From contig JBKOZJ010000052.1 in NCBI GenBank assembly GCA_046725875.1, forward strand, positions 1 to 60,736: DNA of 60,736 nt. The letters are read 5' to 3'. Below the pieces are notes generated by a model that saw only the letters and a list, made by a program, of their open reading frames with translations, was not told where the DNA came from and did no database searches. The position numbers were made by a program, and so were the translations under genes. Numbering within the stretch: the stretch's first letter is position 1; each line of letters opens with the position of its first letter. This document shows positions 28,578 to 38,955 of the stretch, in pieces. The DNA is from Actinomycetota bacterium. Its GTDB lineage: Bacteria > Actinomycetota > Actinomycetes > JAKEEW01.

Positions 28578-29539
28578 GACATGCATAGCGTCGCACGCGG
28601 GAACGCCTGCAGCCGCATCTTCCCGATCGGGTTGCCGCACGACTCGCAGACGCCGTAGGTGCCGTCGGCGATCTTCGCGAGCGCCCGCTCGGACTGGAGG
28701 AGCATGTCGCGCTGATTGTTCGTCAGGGACATCTCGTGCTCACGCTCAAAGGTCCGGCTGCCCTGGTCGGCCTGGTCGTCACCGGCGCCGTCGCCACCAT
28801 CGCGCAGCAGGTCGGCGAGGTCGACCTCGGCCTCGGCGATCTCCAGATGAAGCTGGCGGATTTCGCCCTCCAGCCCGCCGCGCAGATCGTCCAGCTCTGC
28901 CTCGGTCCACGGCGCTTCGGTGGGGAGTACAGCTATCGCCGCGGGCTCGGCCCGGCGGTCCGCCACGACGACAGCCGCGGGCGGCCGGGCCGGCTGCTGC
29001 TTGGCCACCGGTTTTCTGATCGCCGACTTGGTCGCCGGAGCCTTCGCCGAGGTCTTCTTCCCCGCGGGCGCGGTCCGCGCGGACCGGCCGGTGACCTTCG
29101 GCGATGCCGTGGAGGTGTTCGAGGCAGTCTTGCTCACAGCGGCCTTCCTTCGCGTCGTGACCTTCGATGTGGCGGCCCTAGCCGCACCTGCGACCGAGCC
29201 GGTGGCCGAGCTGGCCCGGTGAGTTTTCGCTCTTGGGGAGGACCCACCCGCGCCCGCCCCGGCTGTCGGGCTCGTCCGCACCGTCTTGCCCAGGCTCGCC
29301 GCAGCATTACTCCGCTTGGCCGGCGCCGCTTGCCTTGGCGCTGTGCTGCTCGCCGCCCTCTTGCCAGGCGCTTTCTTGGCCGCAGTCGCCTTGGTTAGTG
29401 AACGAGCCGTGGCCTTGCGCCCGCTCGCCGGCGCTGTGCTCGCCGGCTCCCGCGCAGGCGCGCCGGTCCGGGACCGCCTGGCCGGCAACTTCGCAGCGGC
29501 TGCCACGCGCCTCCGCTCCCCCGTCGTCCCGGCTGCCAT
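28550..29539 (-). CDS. TraR/DksA C4 zinc finger protein with long Ala/Lys/Thr-rich N-terminus
   Basis: [13 protein letters not shown] coiled-coil tip, YGVCESCG..I...RL.A.P.ATLCMSC. Confidence 0.92.
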   Translation of the reverse strand: MAAGTTGERRRVAAAAKLPARRSRTGAPAREPASTAPASGRKATARSLTKATAAKKAPGKRAASSTAPRQAAPAKRSNAAASLGKTVRTSPTAGAGAGGSSPRAKTHRASSATGSVAGAARAATSKVTTRRKAAVSKTASNTSTASPKVTGRSARTAPAGKKTSAKAPATKSAIRKPVAKQQPARPPAAVVVADRRAEPAAIAVLPTEAPWTEAELDDLRGGLEGEIRQLHLEIAEAEVDLADLLRDGGDGAGDDQADQGSRTFEREHEMSLTNNQRDMLLQSERALAKIADGTYGVCESCGNPIGKMRLQAFPRATLCMSCKQRQERR

Positions 29540-29832
29540 CGCGCCTCACTCCCCGCGTGATCAAAAACACAGGCGGCGGCCGCAACATAGGGCCACCTTG
29601 TGTCCCTTCAACGCGCCGCGCCGCCAGGTTGTGCCCGGAGGAATACCCTTCGCGACCGCGGGCCGAAACCCGCGTTTGCTGGCAACGAGGCGGTCTTGCG
29701 TCACCCGCTTGGATGCACTCAACCCGGCCGGTGCTCACTTTCTTCCCGTGAGCTGCGAGAAGCGGCTCCGAAGATCGTCCTCCGAAACCGGCAATCGGCT
29801 GGACTGCGTGCATACACTGATCGGTGACTGCA

Positions 29833-30163
29833 CGGTGTCGATGGGACGAGTAGGCACGGACGCAGCCGCCAGCGACCCGGGAACAGTGGAAGCCCGGGGG
29901 TGTGCACGTCCCGAAAATCACCCGGAGCCGCCGGAAGAAAGGGCTGTGCCGCCGACGACGCAGCGGCGACGGCCCGAGTAGAACCGGCACGCAGCGCCCG
30001 AACGAAGTGGGTCGCGACGCAACGGGCGGCAGCTCGATGGCGTTGGACCAAGGAGGGTGGTACCGCGGGGCGGCGGAACGCCGCGGCCTCGTCCCTCTGC
30101 CGGAGACCGTTGGGTCCGGGCTAGGTAGGCCCGAACGCTAACAAGATCACCGTCGGAGGCCCG
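29833..30163 (+). ncRNA. T-box riboswitch (Ile, translational type)
   Basis: AGCGA bulge, specifier GAAAATC (AUC at 29917-29919), stem II GCCGG..CCGGC, T-box AGGGTGGTACCGCG 30054-30067, CGTCCCT partner, GGCCTC complementary to the RBS GAGGCC; -10 TACACT at 29813. Confidence 0.92.
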
Positions 30164-33100
30164 ATGTATCGCCAGGTTCCCCCGCAGGTCGACCTGCCTG
30201 CACTCGAGCATGAGGTGCTCGCGTTCTGGCGAGATCACCGGATCTTCGACCGCTCGCTCGAGCAGACGGCGAACGGGCCAGTCTGGGTGTTCTACGAAGG
30301 ACCACCGACCGCGAATGGCAGACCGGGGACTCACCATGTCGAGGCCCGGGTCTTCAAGGACGTCTTCCCGCGGTACCGGACCATGAAGGGCTATCACGTC
30401 CCGCGCAAGGCAGGCTGGGACTGCCACGGCCTGGCGGTCGAGTTGGCGGTCGAAAAGGAGCTTGGCTTCTCCGGGAAGGGAGACATCGAGGCGTTCGGTA
30501 TCGCCGAGTTCAACGCCCACTGTCGTGAGTCAGTGCTGCGGCACGTCGACGAGTTCGAGCAGATGACCGAGCGGATGGGCTTCTGGGTCGACATGTCTCA
30601 GGCCTACCGGACGATGGATGCGGACTACATCGACTCCGTGTGGTGGTCGCTGAAGGTCATCTTTGACAAGGGCCTGCTGGTCGAGGACTACCGGATCACG
30701 CCGTACTGCCCCCGCTGCGGCACCGGCTTGTCCGACCACGAGCTCGGCCAGCCCGGCGGCTACGAAACCGTGGTCGACCCGTCGGTCTACGTACGCTTCC
30801 CGCTGACCTCCGGCCCGCTCGCCGGAAGGGCCTCACTGCTCGTCTGGACGACGACACCCTGGACGCTCGTCTCCAATACCGCGGTCGCGGTCCACCCGGA
30901 CGTCGCCTATGTCGCGGCGACAAACGGTACGGAGACGTTGGTAGTGGCCGAGCCCCTGCTGGCCTCCGTACTCAATGACGACGGCTGGAAGGAGACGGCG
31001 AAGTTCGCTGGGCGCGAGATGGAGCGCTGGACATATCGGCCGCCGTTCGACCTGGTGCACATCCCCGACGCCCACATCGTCGTGCTTGGCGATTACGTGA
31101 CCACGGACGACGGCACCGGCATCGTCCACCAAGCGCCTGCCTTCGGCGAGGACGACATGAATGTCGTCCGGAAGTACGGATTGCCGGTCGTCAATCCGAT
31201 CCGTTCCGACGGCACGTTCGAGCCGAACATCCCGCTCGTGGGCGGCCAGTTCTTCAAGAAGGCCGACGAGGCGCTGGTGGCCGACCTTGGGGCGCGTGGG
31301 CTCATGTTCCGGCATGAGGAGTACGAGCACTCGTACCCACACTGCTGGCGCTGCCATACGCCGCTGCTCTACTACGCGCTTCCGTCGTGGTATATCAAGA
31401 CCACCGACGTCAAGGATGCGCTGCTCGCGGAGAACGAGCGGACCAACTGGTATCCCGAGACGATCAAGTGGGGACGGTACGGCGACTGGCTGCGCAACAA
31501 CGTCGACTGGGCGCTGTCCCGCGACCGTTACTGGGGCACGCCCCTGCCCATCTGGCGCTGCCGGGACGGGCACCTGACCTGCGTGGGCTCCCGAGCGGAG
31601 CTGTCGGAGCTCGCCACCGCTGCCTTGTCCGGCCTAGACCCGCACCGGCCGTATGTCGACGAGGTCACCTTCGATTGCCCGAAATGCGGGGAGACCGCGA
31701 CGCGGGTGCCCGAGGTCATCGATGCGTGGTACGACTCCGGATCGATGCCGTTCGCACAGTGGGGTTCTCCACACGTCGAGGGTTCGGCGGGCCGGTTCGA
31801 GCGGCGCTACCCGGCTCAGTTCATCTGCGAGGCGATCGACCAGACGCGAGGCTGGTTCTACACGCTGATGGCGGTGGGCACGCTGGTCTTCGAGCGGTCC
31901 TCCTACGAGAACGTGCTGTGTCTCGGCCTGATTCTCGCCGAGGACGGCCGGAAGATGTCCAAGCACCTCGGCAACATCCTCGAGCCGATCCCATTGATGG
32001 AGGAGCACGGAGCCGACGCGCTGCGCTGGTTCATGCTCGCCGGCGGCTCGCCCTGGTCCCCGCGCCGAATTGGGCACACCTCGCTTCAGGAGATCGTGCG
32101 CAAGATCCTGCTCACCTACTGGAACACGGCGTCGTTCCAGACCCTCTATGCGCGGGCGGCACACTGGACGCCTGGAACCCCCACGTACGAGCGGCCAGCC
32201 AAGCGGCCGCTCCTGGACCGATGGGTACTTTCCGAGCTGAATCAGCTCGTGCGCGCGGTCGAGGACGCGCTGGAGGACTTCGACAGCTACCGTGCGGGTC
32301 GCTTGCTTGCCGCCTTCGTCGACGATCTCTCGAACTGGTACGTGCGCCGGTCGCGGCGACGCTTTTGGGACGGCGACCCGGCGGCCCTCGTAACGCTGCA
32401 CGAATGCCTTTCAAAGCTCACCCTGCTGCTTGCGCCGCTTACGCCGTTTGTCACCGAGCGGGTCTGGCAGGACCTGGTTCGGCCGGTGACACCCGATGCG
32501 CCGGAGTCCGTACACCTAGCCCGCTGGCCGGCGGCCGACGAGTCCGTAATCGAGCACGGACTGTCCGAGCAAGTGGCGTTGGTGCGGCGCCTGGTTGAGC
32601 TCGGCCGGGCCGCCCGGGCTGCTTCAGGGATACGGACCCGGCAGCCGCTCGGCCGCGCCTTGGTCGGCGCGGTAGGTTTCGCCGCCCTGCCGAACGAGCT
32701 ACGCGACCAAATCGCGGACGAGCTGAACGTCTCCTCAGTGGGGGCGTTGAGCGAGGTGGCCGGAGCCGGGGAGGACACCGCGGCGCTGGTCGACTACTCG
32801 GCCAAGGCGAACTTCCGGGTGCTCGGAAAGCGGTTCGGGCCGCGAACCAAGGCGGTCGCGAGCGCGATCGCCTCGGCCGATGCCGCGCAGCTCGCCGCCG
32901 ACCTGCGGGAACGCGGGATGTCAGAGCTTTTGGTCGAGAATGAGCCGGTCGCGCTGACGGCCCACGAGATCATCGTCACCGAGACCCCGCGGACGGGCTG
33001 GGCCGTGGAGTCAGCCGCCGGCGAGACTCTCGCCCTCGACTTGACGGTGACGCCCACCCTGCGCCGGGCGGGCGTCGCCCGCGAAGTCGTCCGAGTACTC

Positions 33101-33355
33101 CAGGAAGCGCGCAAGGCGGCCGGCTTCGAGATCACCGACCGGGTATCGGTGTGGTGGACCGCCACGTCCCCGGAAACCGCCGAGGCCCTCACGCAGCACG
33201 GTGGCATGGTGGCCGACGAGGTGCTTGCCACGACCTTCGCGAAGGGCGAGCCGCTGTCCAGCGACCCGGCCGCGGACGCACCCCTGCGGGAGAACGGCGA
33301 GCTTGGCCTGGCGTTCCGCCTGGCCAAGGCCACGCAGCAACCTCGCCAGGACTAG
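30164..33355 (+). CDS. ileS: Isoleucyl-tRNA synthetase, type 2
   Basis: EGPPTANG, GWDCHGL, WTTTPWT, DWALSR.RYWG, DQTRGWF, KMSK. Confidence 0.99.
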   Translation: MYRQVPPQVDLPALEHEVLAFWRDHRIFDRSLEQTANGPVWVFYEGPPTANGRPGTHHVEARVFKDVFPRYRTMKGYHVPRKAGWDCHGLAVELAVEKELGFSGKGDIEAFGIAEFNAHCRESVLRHVDEFEQMTERMGFWVDMSQAYRTMDADYIDSVWWSLKVIFDKGLLVEDYRITPYCPRCGTGLSDHELGQPGGYETVVDPSVYVRFPLTSGPLAGRASLLVWTTTPWTLVSNTAVAVHPDVAYVAATNGTETLVVAEPLLASVLNDDGWKETAKFAGREMERWTYRPPFDLVHIPDAHIVVLGDYVTTDDGTGIVHQAPAFGEDDMNVVRKYGLPVVNPIRSDGTFEPNIPLVGGQFFKKADEALVADLGARGLMFRHEEYEHSYPHCWRCHTPLLYYALPSWYIKTTDVKDALLAENERTNWYPETIKWGRYGDWLRNNVDWALSRDRYWGTPLPIWRCRDGHLTCVGSRAELSELATAALSGLDPHRPYVDEVTFDCPKCGETATRVPEVIDAWYDSGSMPFAQWGSPHVEGSAGRFERRYPAQFICEAIDQTRGWFYTLMAVGTLVFERSSYENVLCLGLILAEDGRKMSKHLGNILEPIPLMEEHGADALRWFMLAGGSPWSPRRIGHTSLQEIVRKILLTYWNTASFQTLYARAAHWTPGTPTYERPAKRPLLDRWVLSELNQLVRAVEDALEDFDSYRAGRLLAAFVDDLSNWYVRRSRRRFWDGDPAALVTLHECLSKLTLLLAPLTPFVTERVWQDLVRPVTPDAPESVHLARWPAADESVIEHGLSEQVALVRRLVELGRAARAASGIRTRQPLGRALVGAVGFAALPNELRDQIADELNVSSVGALSEVAGAGEDTAALVDYSAKANFRVLGKRFGPRTKAVASAIASADAAQLAADLRERGMSELLVENEPVALTAHEIIVTETPRTGWAVESAAGETLALDLTVTPTLRRAGVAREVVRVLQEARKAAGFEITDRVSVWWTATSPETAEALTQHGGMVADEVLATTFAKGEPLSSDPAADAPLRENGELGLAFRLAKATQQPRQD

Positions 33356-33433
33356 GCAGCACCCCTCGCCAGGGTGGCCGCCACGGCCGTGCTCGCGGCC
33401 GCCACCTTGGGCGGACCGCGACCACGATGCGAG

Positions 33434-34156
33434 CTATTCGGAGTCCTCGTCGATCAGGAAGCCGCGCATCGGTTGCGAACCGCCGGCAGGCGGCGGCACG
33501 GCAGCCCGGCCGGCGCCCGCGGCGACCGGCTGGGGGCCCGATCGGGCCGGCGCCATCGAGTCGTCGGACTGCGCCTCGAGCTGCCGGAGCTGGCCCTCCA
33601 GGTAGGAGCGGAGCCGGCTGCGATACTCCCGCTCGAACTGACGCAGGTCCTCCACCTTGCGTTCCAGGATCTGGCGCTGCTGGTCGAGGTTGCCCATCGC
33701 CTGGCGGTGCTTCTCCTGAGCGTCCCGCTCCAGCGCCTCGGCCCGGGTCCGAGCCTCCCGCTCGACCGCCTCGGCCTTCGCGCGCGACTCGCTCACGATC
33801 TTGTTCGCCTCGTTCCGCGCCTCGGCGATGGCCTGGTCGGCGGTCTGCTGGGCGAGCGCGAGCACGCGCGCCGCTCCGTCGGAGGGGCCGCTCGGTGCCG
33901 GCGGGCCGGGTGGCGCCGGCATGAGATCGTCCTTGCGCTCGACCGGGAGCGGAGCAGGAGTCGGCCCGCCGGCCGCGGCCGCCGCCCGGGTGGCAGCGGC
34001 GAGCTTGGCCCGCAGCTCGTCGTTCTCCCTCAGCAGGCGCGTCAGTTCGGACTCGACCTCGTCGAGGAACTGGTCGACCTCGTCCTCGTCGTAGCCCTCG
34101 CGGAGGCGGACGGTCGTGAACTGCTTGTTCCGAACGTCCTCGGGCGTCAGCGGCAT
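33434..34156 (-). CDS. divIVA: DivIVA/Wag31
   Basis: MPLTPEDVRNKQF, GYDEDEVD.FLD, FEREYR.RL. Confidence 0.97.
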   Translation of the reverse strand: MPLTPEDVRNKQFTTVRLREGYDEDEVDQFLDEVESELTRLLRENDELRAKLAAATRAAAAAGGPTPAPLPVERKDDLMPAPPGPPAPSGPSDGAARVLALAQQTADQAIAEARNEANKIVSESRAKAEAVEREARTRAEALERDAQEKHRQAMGNLDQQRQILERKVEDLRQFEREYRSRLRSYLEGQLRQLEAQSDDSMAPARSGPQPVAAGAGRAAVPPPAGGSQPMRGFLIDEDSE

Positions 34157-34205
34157 CTCGTCACCTCAGGCTGGTCCAACACACGACCGCACAGACCTTA
34201 CCGTG

Positions 34206-34490
34206 TCAAAGGCTGCGCGCGAGCGCGATCAGGAGATACACGATGACGAAAAGCACCAGAAACGACAGATCAAGGGCGATTCCGCCGAACCGAAGGGGTG
34301 GGATATACCTCCGCAGCAGCTTCAGCGGTGGGTCGGTGACCGAATAGGTTGCCTCGAGCGCGACCAGCATCGGGCCCTTCGGCTCGTACGACCTGGCGAA
34401 CATGAACACGTAGTCCATAATCAGCCGGAAGATCAAAAGCAGCAGGAAGATCCACAAGACGAACGTGAGGATCTGGCCGAAGACGCTCAC
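34206..34490 (-). CDS. yggT: YggT/YlmG membrane protein
   Basis: TDPPLK.LRR.IPPLR.G...LDLS. Confidence 0.95.
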   Translation of the reverse strand: MSVFGQILTFVLWIFLLLLIFRLIMDYVFMFARSYEPKGPMLVALEATYSVTDPPLKLLRRYIPPLRFGGIALDLSFLVLFVIVYLLIALARSL

Positions 34491-34877
34491 TCCCGATCAC
34501 CCGACTGCACCATTGCCGGTCCCTCCTTCACCGTGCAGCACATAGCGTCGCCACCTTGCGGAAGTGACTGGTGGCGTCGGTGCACTGCGATCCGCGCCAA
34601 CCTGCCTACCGAACGACCCCGTGGCGACACCGGCCGTGGGATCGGCGTGGAGCACGGTGCAGAATCCTACGGTTCCGAGCGCCGGTTGAATGATCCGCCT
34701 CCCGCTGCGGTCTCGAACGACGGCAGCGACGGCATCGTTCCCGAAGGCTCCGCTCACACCGCCCGCGCGAGGCAGAACGTATCTGGGCTCGTGAGGCGAC
34801 GACCGCGAACGCCGATCGAGAAGACGATCAGAACTGACCAGGCGGCGACGATGCCCCCACCACGGCGGATGGTGCGT

Positions 34878-35357
34878 CTAGCTCTGGTTGAAGAATTCGC
34901 CCTCCGCGATCCGGCGCTTGTCCTCAGCGGTTACGTCGACATTCGCGGGCGACAGCAGGAAGACCTTTGCAGTGACCCGCTCGATCCGCCCATGCAGCCC
35001 GAAGATCAGCCCGGCGGCGAAGTCAACCAGACGCTTGGCGTCGCTGTCCTCCATGTCGGTGAGGTTCATGATCACCGGCGTGCCCTCCCGGAAGTGCTCG
35101 CCGATCGTCCTCGCCTCGTTGTAGGTGCGTGGATGGAGCGTGGTGATGCGGTAAGTCGTGTCGCCGAGCCGCTGGGAGACGGCGACTACCGGGCGGCGGT
35201 CTGTCATCGTCGCTACCGTCCCGTCCCGTGGCCCCGCACCGGTTCGAGCGTCGGCATGCTCGTCGATGATGTCGTAGTCGTCCAAGCCTTCCTCGTAGCG
35301 GTCCTCATCCTCGACCAGGCCAAGGTAGACCGCCATCTTCCTCATGGCGCCGGCCAT
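34878..35357 (-). CDS. sepF: Cell division protein SepF
   Basis: ITTLHPRTYNEARTIGEHFR, AKRLVDFAAGL. Confidence 0.97.
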   Translation of the reverse strand: MAGAMRKMAVYLGLVEDEDRYEEGLDDYDIIDEHADARTGAGPRDGTVATMTDRRPVVAVSQRLGDTTYRITTLHPRTYNEARTIGEHFREGTPVIMNLTDMEDSDAKRLVDFAAGLIFGLHGRIERVTAKVFLLSPANVDVTAEDKRRIAEGEFFNQS

Positions 35358-35417
35358 ACTCTGCCCCTCCTTGAGGCCTCGTCCGAGCCCTTCCGGACCG
35401 CGTGCGTGCGATCGACG

Positions 35418-36128
35418 CTACCGGACAGGTGGCCGCGAACCGAGCAATGACGTGCCGACACGCACGTGTGTCGCGCCGTGCGAAATCGCGTCCTCCAGGT
35501 CGCCGCTCATCCCGGCACTGATCATGGTCGCTTCTGGATGTCGCGTACGAAGGTCGTTCGCGACCTCGGCCAGCCGTGCGAAGGCCGCCGCGGTCGGCTC
35601 ATCCAGCGGTGCGATGGCCATCACACCGACAAGCCGGAGGCCGGCCGCGCGAGCGACCGCGTCTGCCAGTGCCGGCACCTCCGAGGGCGACGCACCGCCG
35701 CGACCCTCGGCATGGGCGCCCAGGTCCACCTGGATCAGGCCGGTGACCTCGCGCCCGGCATGTACGGCGGCCTTGGACAGAGCATCGACCAGCCGTAGCC
35801 GGTCCACCGAGTGGATGACGTGGGCGTATCCGGCCACCGACCGGCACTTGTTGGTCTGCAGCTGCCCGACGAAGTGCCAGGTAAGCGGAAGGTCGGCGCA
35901 CTCGGCTGCCTTGCGGGACGCCTCTTGGTCGCGGTTCTCGCCGATGTTGATAATGCCCAGCTCGGCGAGGAGACGCACATCGGAGGCAGGAAACGTCTTA
36001 GTTACCGCGACTACCGTCACCTCGCTCGGATCGCGCCCGGCCGCTGCGCACGCCTTCCGTACTCGATCGTCCAGAACGGCGAGGTTGGCGGCGAGCTCGA
36101 CCCGCCGGCGCTCGACCTGAGGTGTCAC
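35418..36128 (-). CDS. yggS: YggS/YlmE PLP-binding protein
   Basis: VAVTKT, GENRDQEA, WHFVGQLQTNK, SAGMSGD, VRVGT; GTG overlaps the pgeF stop. Confidence 0.95.
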   Translation of the reverse strand: MTPQVERRRVELAANLAVLDDRVRKACAAAGRDPSEVTVVAVTKTFPASDVRLLAELGIINIGENRDQEASRKAAECADLPLTWHFVGQLQTNKCRSVAGYAHVIHSVDRLRLVDALSKAAVHAGREVTGLIQVDLGAHAEGRGGASPSEVPALADAVARAAGLRLVGVMAIAPLDEPTAAAFARLAEVANDLRTRHPEATMISAGMSGDLEDAISHGATHVRVGTSLLGSRPPVR

Positions 36129-36850
36129 TGCGCCAGCCATACGTATCCGGCGGCTCGTCCGCTTGGCTGGTCCCGCCGATGAGAGAAGTGATCTGGCGAC
36201 TCCATCGTGCAGATCGGGACTCGCGTGACCATGGCCACGCCGGCATCTCGAAGCTGAGCGGCGACACCGGCGGCGATGTCCAGCGACGGCGCGCCCGAGT
36301 GGGTGAGCGACCTGGCCGCTGGCGCCACCGCCGCCACCTCCGTCTGCATGTCGGCCGGCACCTCGTAGCAACCGCCGCAGACGGCCGGACCGGTCACCGC
36401 GCGGATCCGGTCGCGGTGCGCTCCGAGCTGCTCCATGTGCGCCACCGCGGCGGGTGCGATGCGTTGGGCAAGCCCGGGCCGGCCGGAGTGTACGGCGGCG
36501 ACGACGCCGGCAGCGGGGTCGGCCAGGAGGACCGGAACGCAGTCCGCGGCCAGCACCGCAAGCGCGAGACCGGGAGTCGCCGTCGTCATGCCGTCGGCCC
36601 GCGGCGGGCCGTCGGCCCATGGCCCGGAAACCGCAACGACCTCGTCCCCGTGAACCTGATGAACGAAGACAACCTGCCTCGGATCGAGTCCGAGCCGGGT
36701 CGCTACCGCGGTCCGGTTAGCTGTTACCTTGGACCGATCGTCACCCGTGCCGTAGCCGAGATTGCACGAGTCATAGGGGGGCGCGCTCACGCCGCCATGT
36801 CGGTCGGTGAACGCGTAATGAACTGCCTTGCCGAGAGTTCCGGTCAGCAC
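36125..36850 (-). CDS. pgeF: PgeF/YfiH/YlmD peptidoglycan editing factor
   Basis: FTDRHGGVS, QVHG, ADCVPV, VHSGR, CYEV, FSHRR. Confidence 0.95.
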   Translation of the reverse strand: MLTGTLGKAVHYAFTDRHGGVSAPPYDSCNLGYGTGDDRSKVTANRTAVATRLGLDPRQVVFVHQVHGDEVVAVSGPWADGPPRADGMTTATPGLALAVLAADCVPVLLADPAAGVVAAVHSGRPGLAQRIAPAAVAHMEQLGAHRDRIRAVTGPAVCGGCYEVPADMQTEVAAVAPAARSLTHSGAPSLDIAAGVAAQLRDAGVAMVTRVPICTMESPDHFSHRRDQPSGRAAGYVWLAQ

Positions 36851-37971
36851 TACTTCAAGAAGTCGGGCACGTCGAGGTCGTCCTCGCTTGGGTCGTCGAG
36901 CACTAGAGTACGTGTGCTCGGCTGCCAGCCGTCAGCCGCCACGGCCCGATCCGCCTGCCGCGGCACGCCGTCGAGGTCGTCGGACAACCGGCGCCGGATG
37001 TACGGCTCGGTGAGCCGCCGCGGTTCGCCGCCTTCGAAGCCCGCCGCGATGACCGTCACCCGCACCTCGTCGCCGAGCGCGTCGTCGATGACTGCGCCGA
37101 AGATGATGTTTGCCTCCGGGTGGGCGACCTCGGCCACGAGCTGCGCCGCCTCGTTGATCTCGAACAGTCCCAGGTCGGACCCGCCGGCCACGGAGAGCAG
37201 CACGCCGCGGGCGCCGTCGATGGATGCCTCGAGCAAGGGGCTGGAGATCGCCATCTCCGCGGCGTTCCGCGCCCGATCGTCGCCGCGCGCCGAGCCGATG
37301 CCCATCAGTGCCGAGCCGGCCTCGGACATGACCGACTTCACGTCCGCGAAGTCAAGGTTGATCAATCCCGGGGTGGTAATGAGGTCGGTGATCCCCTGCA
37401 CGCCGGAGAGCAGCACCGCGTCGGCCTGCTTGAACGCCTCCAGGACGCTCGCGTTCTTGTCAGAGATCGACAGCAGCCGGTCGTTCGGGATCACGATCAG
37501 CGTGTCGACCTCTTCGCGGAGCTTGCGGATGCCCTCGTCGGCTTGGGCCGCCCGACGCTTGCCCTCGAAGCTGAACGGCCTGGTCACGACGCCGATGGTC
37601 AGAGCGCCCAGCGAGCGGGCGATGCCAGCGACAACTGGAGCGCCACCGGTGCCGGTGCCCCCGCCTTCACCCGCGGTGACAAAGATCATGTCGGCGCCCT
37701 TGAGGACCTCCTCGACCTCCTCGCGATGATCCTCTGCTGCATTCCTGCCGACCTCCGGATCGGCACCCGCACCGAGACCGCGGGTCAGCTCGCGGCCGAC
37801 GTCGAGCTTCACGTCGGCATCACTCATCAGAAGCGCCTGCGCGTCGGTGTTGATCGCAATGAACTCGACGCCCTTGAGGCCGACCTCGATCATCCGGTTG
37901 ACGGCGTTGACACCGCCCCCGCCGATCCCGACCACCTTGATGACTGCCAGGTAGTTCTGGGGAGTCGCCAC
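36850..37971 (-). CDS. ftsZ: Cell division protein FtsZ
   Basis: [28 protein letters not shown]. Confidence 0.99.
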   Translation of the reverse strand: MATPQNYLAVIKVVGIGGGGVNAVNRMIEVGLKGVEFIAINTDAQALLMSDADVKLDVGRELTRGLGAGADPEVGRNAAEDHREEVEEVLKGADMIFVTAGEGGGTGTGGAPVVAGIARSLGALTIGVVTRPFSFEGKRRAAQADEGIRKLREEVDTLIVIPNDRLLSISDKNASVLEAFKQADAVLLSGVQGITDLITTPGLINLDFADVKSVMSEAGSALMGIGSARGDDRARNAAEMAISSPLLEASIDGARGVLLSVAGGSDLGLFEINEAAQLVAEVAHPEANIIFGAVIDDALGDEVRVTVIAAGFEGGEPRRLTEPYIRRRLSDDLDGVPRQADRAVAADGWQPSTRTLVLDDPSEDDLDVPDFLK

Positions 37972-38178
37972 CTCGAGTGCCTCTCGCCTCGCGATCCGCC
38001 GCCCGACCGTCCCGCAAATAGAGCTCTGTCAACTGTCCAGCCTGTGTCACCGTCAACTGAAGGCTCACAGCTTTGTCTACTTATCGGGCTTGCCCGCCAC
38101 GGTAGGTCCCCAGTTATGGAGGGTCAAAGATGTCGCCACATACCGGCGTGTCGTGACCTTCGCTGGTTCAACGGTGAC

Positions 38179-38949
38179 CTAGCCGCGAGTCGCCGGAGCG
38201 ACGGGGCTGCTCACGTCGTAGAGCCTGGCTTTCCGACGCATGAGGGCCGTTAGCACGGCCGCCTTGTGAGTGCCGTCCTGCGCACTGCCCCAATAGATCT
38301 GCACGCCGTCGCGAAGGGTGAGCGTCACCGAGTTCGGCGACGGCGCGGCGACCTCGGTCACCTTCGCCCGTACCTTGGCCGGCACGGCCGCCAGAGTCTC
38401 AACCACGGCGTCCACGCCGGCCTCACCCAATGTGGTCGCGTCCATCCCGACGATCAGTGGAACTCCGGCCGGCTGCTCGGCCAGCGTCGCGACGACGAAT
38501 CCCGTCCTGTCGACCAGAAGAAAGCCACCCCCGCCTGGCGCCGGCACGGCCACGGCGGGCTGTCGTTCCTCGACGACGATCCGGACAGTATGCGGCCAGC
38601 GCCTGATGACACTGACGTCCGCTACCCAGGAAATCTGTTCGACTCGGCGGCCGACCGCGACCGTGTCGAGCCGGGCGAGCGGGCGGCCGAGCGGCACGGC
38701 TGCCGCCGCCTTGACTTCTTCTATCGTCACTCGGTGTGTACCAACGACCTCGACGGTCCTGACATCGAGGAGGGTCGACCACGACACCGCCCAGGCTGCC
38801 AACCCGGCAAGGAGCGCGGCGGCCAGCGCGCATGCCACGAGTCGGCGGCGCCGGCTTCGCACCGACCGCGTTCTGACCGCGAACCGGTCAGCCGCCGTCG
38901 GACGCCGGCCGGTGCTGCTGCGACCAGCGCCGCGAACCGAGCCGGCCAT
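38179..38949 (-). CDS. ftsQ: Cell division protein FtsQ
   Basis: TM helix, POTRA domain (V.R.WP.TV.I.V.ER), YDVSSP. Confidence 0.93.
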   Translation of the reverse strand: MAGSVRGAGRSSTGRRPTAADRFAVRTRSVRSRRRRLVACALAAALLAGLAAWAVSWSTLLDVRTVEVVGTHRVTIEEVKAAAAVPLGRPLARLDTVAVGRRVEQISWVADVSVIRRWPHTVRIVVEERQPAVAVPAPGGGGFLLVDRTGFVVATLAEQPAGVPLIVGMDATTLGEAGVDAVVETLAAVPAKVRAKVTEVAAPSPNSVTLTLRDGVQIYWGSAQDGTHKAAVLTALMRRKARLYDVSSPVAPATRG

Positions 38950-38955
38950 TGGGGC

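Noticed and set aside
34497..34757. 86-aa ORF between sepF and yggT
   Set aside because: No RBS or recognisable motif; likely spurious
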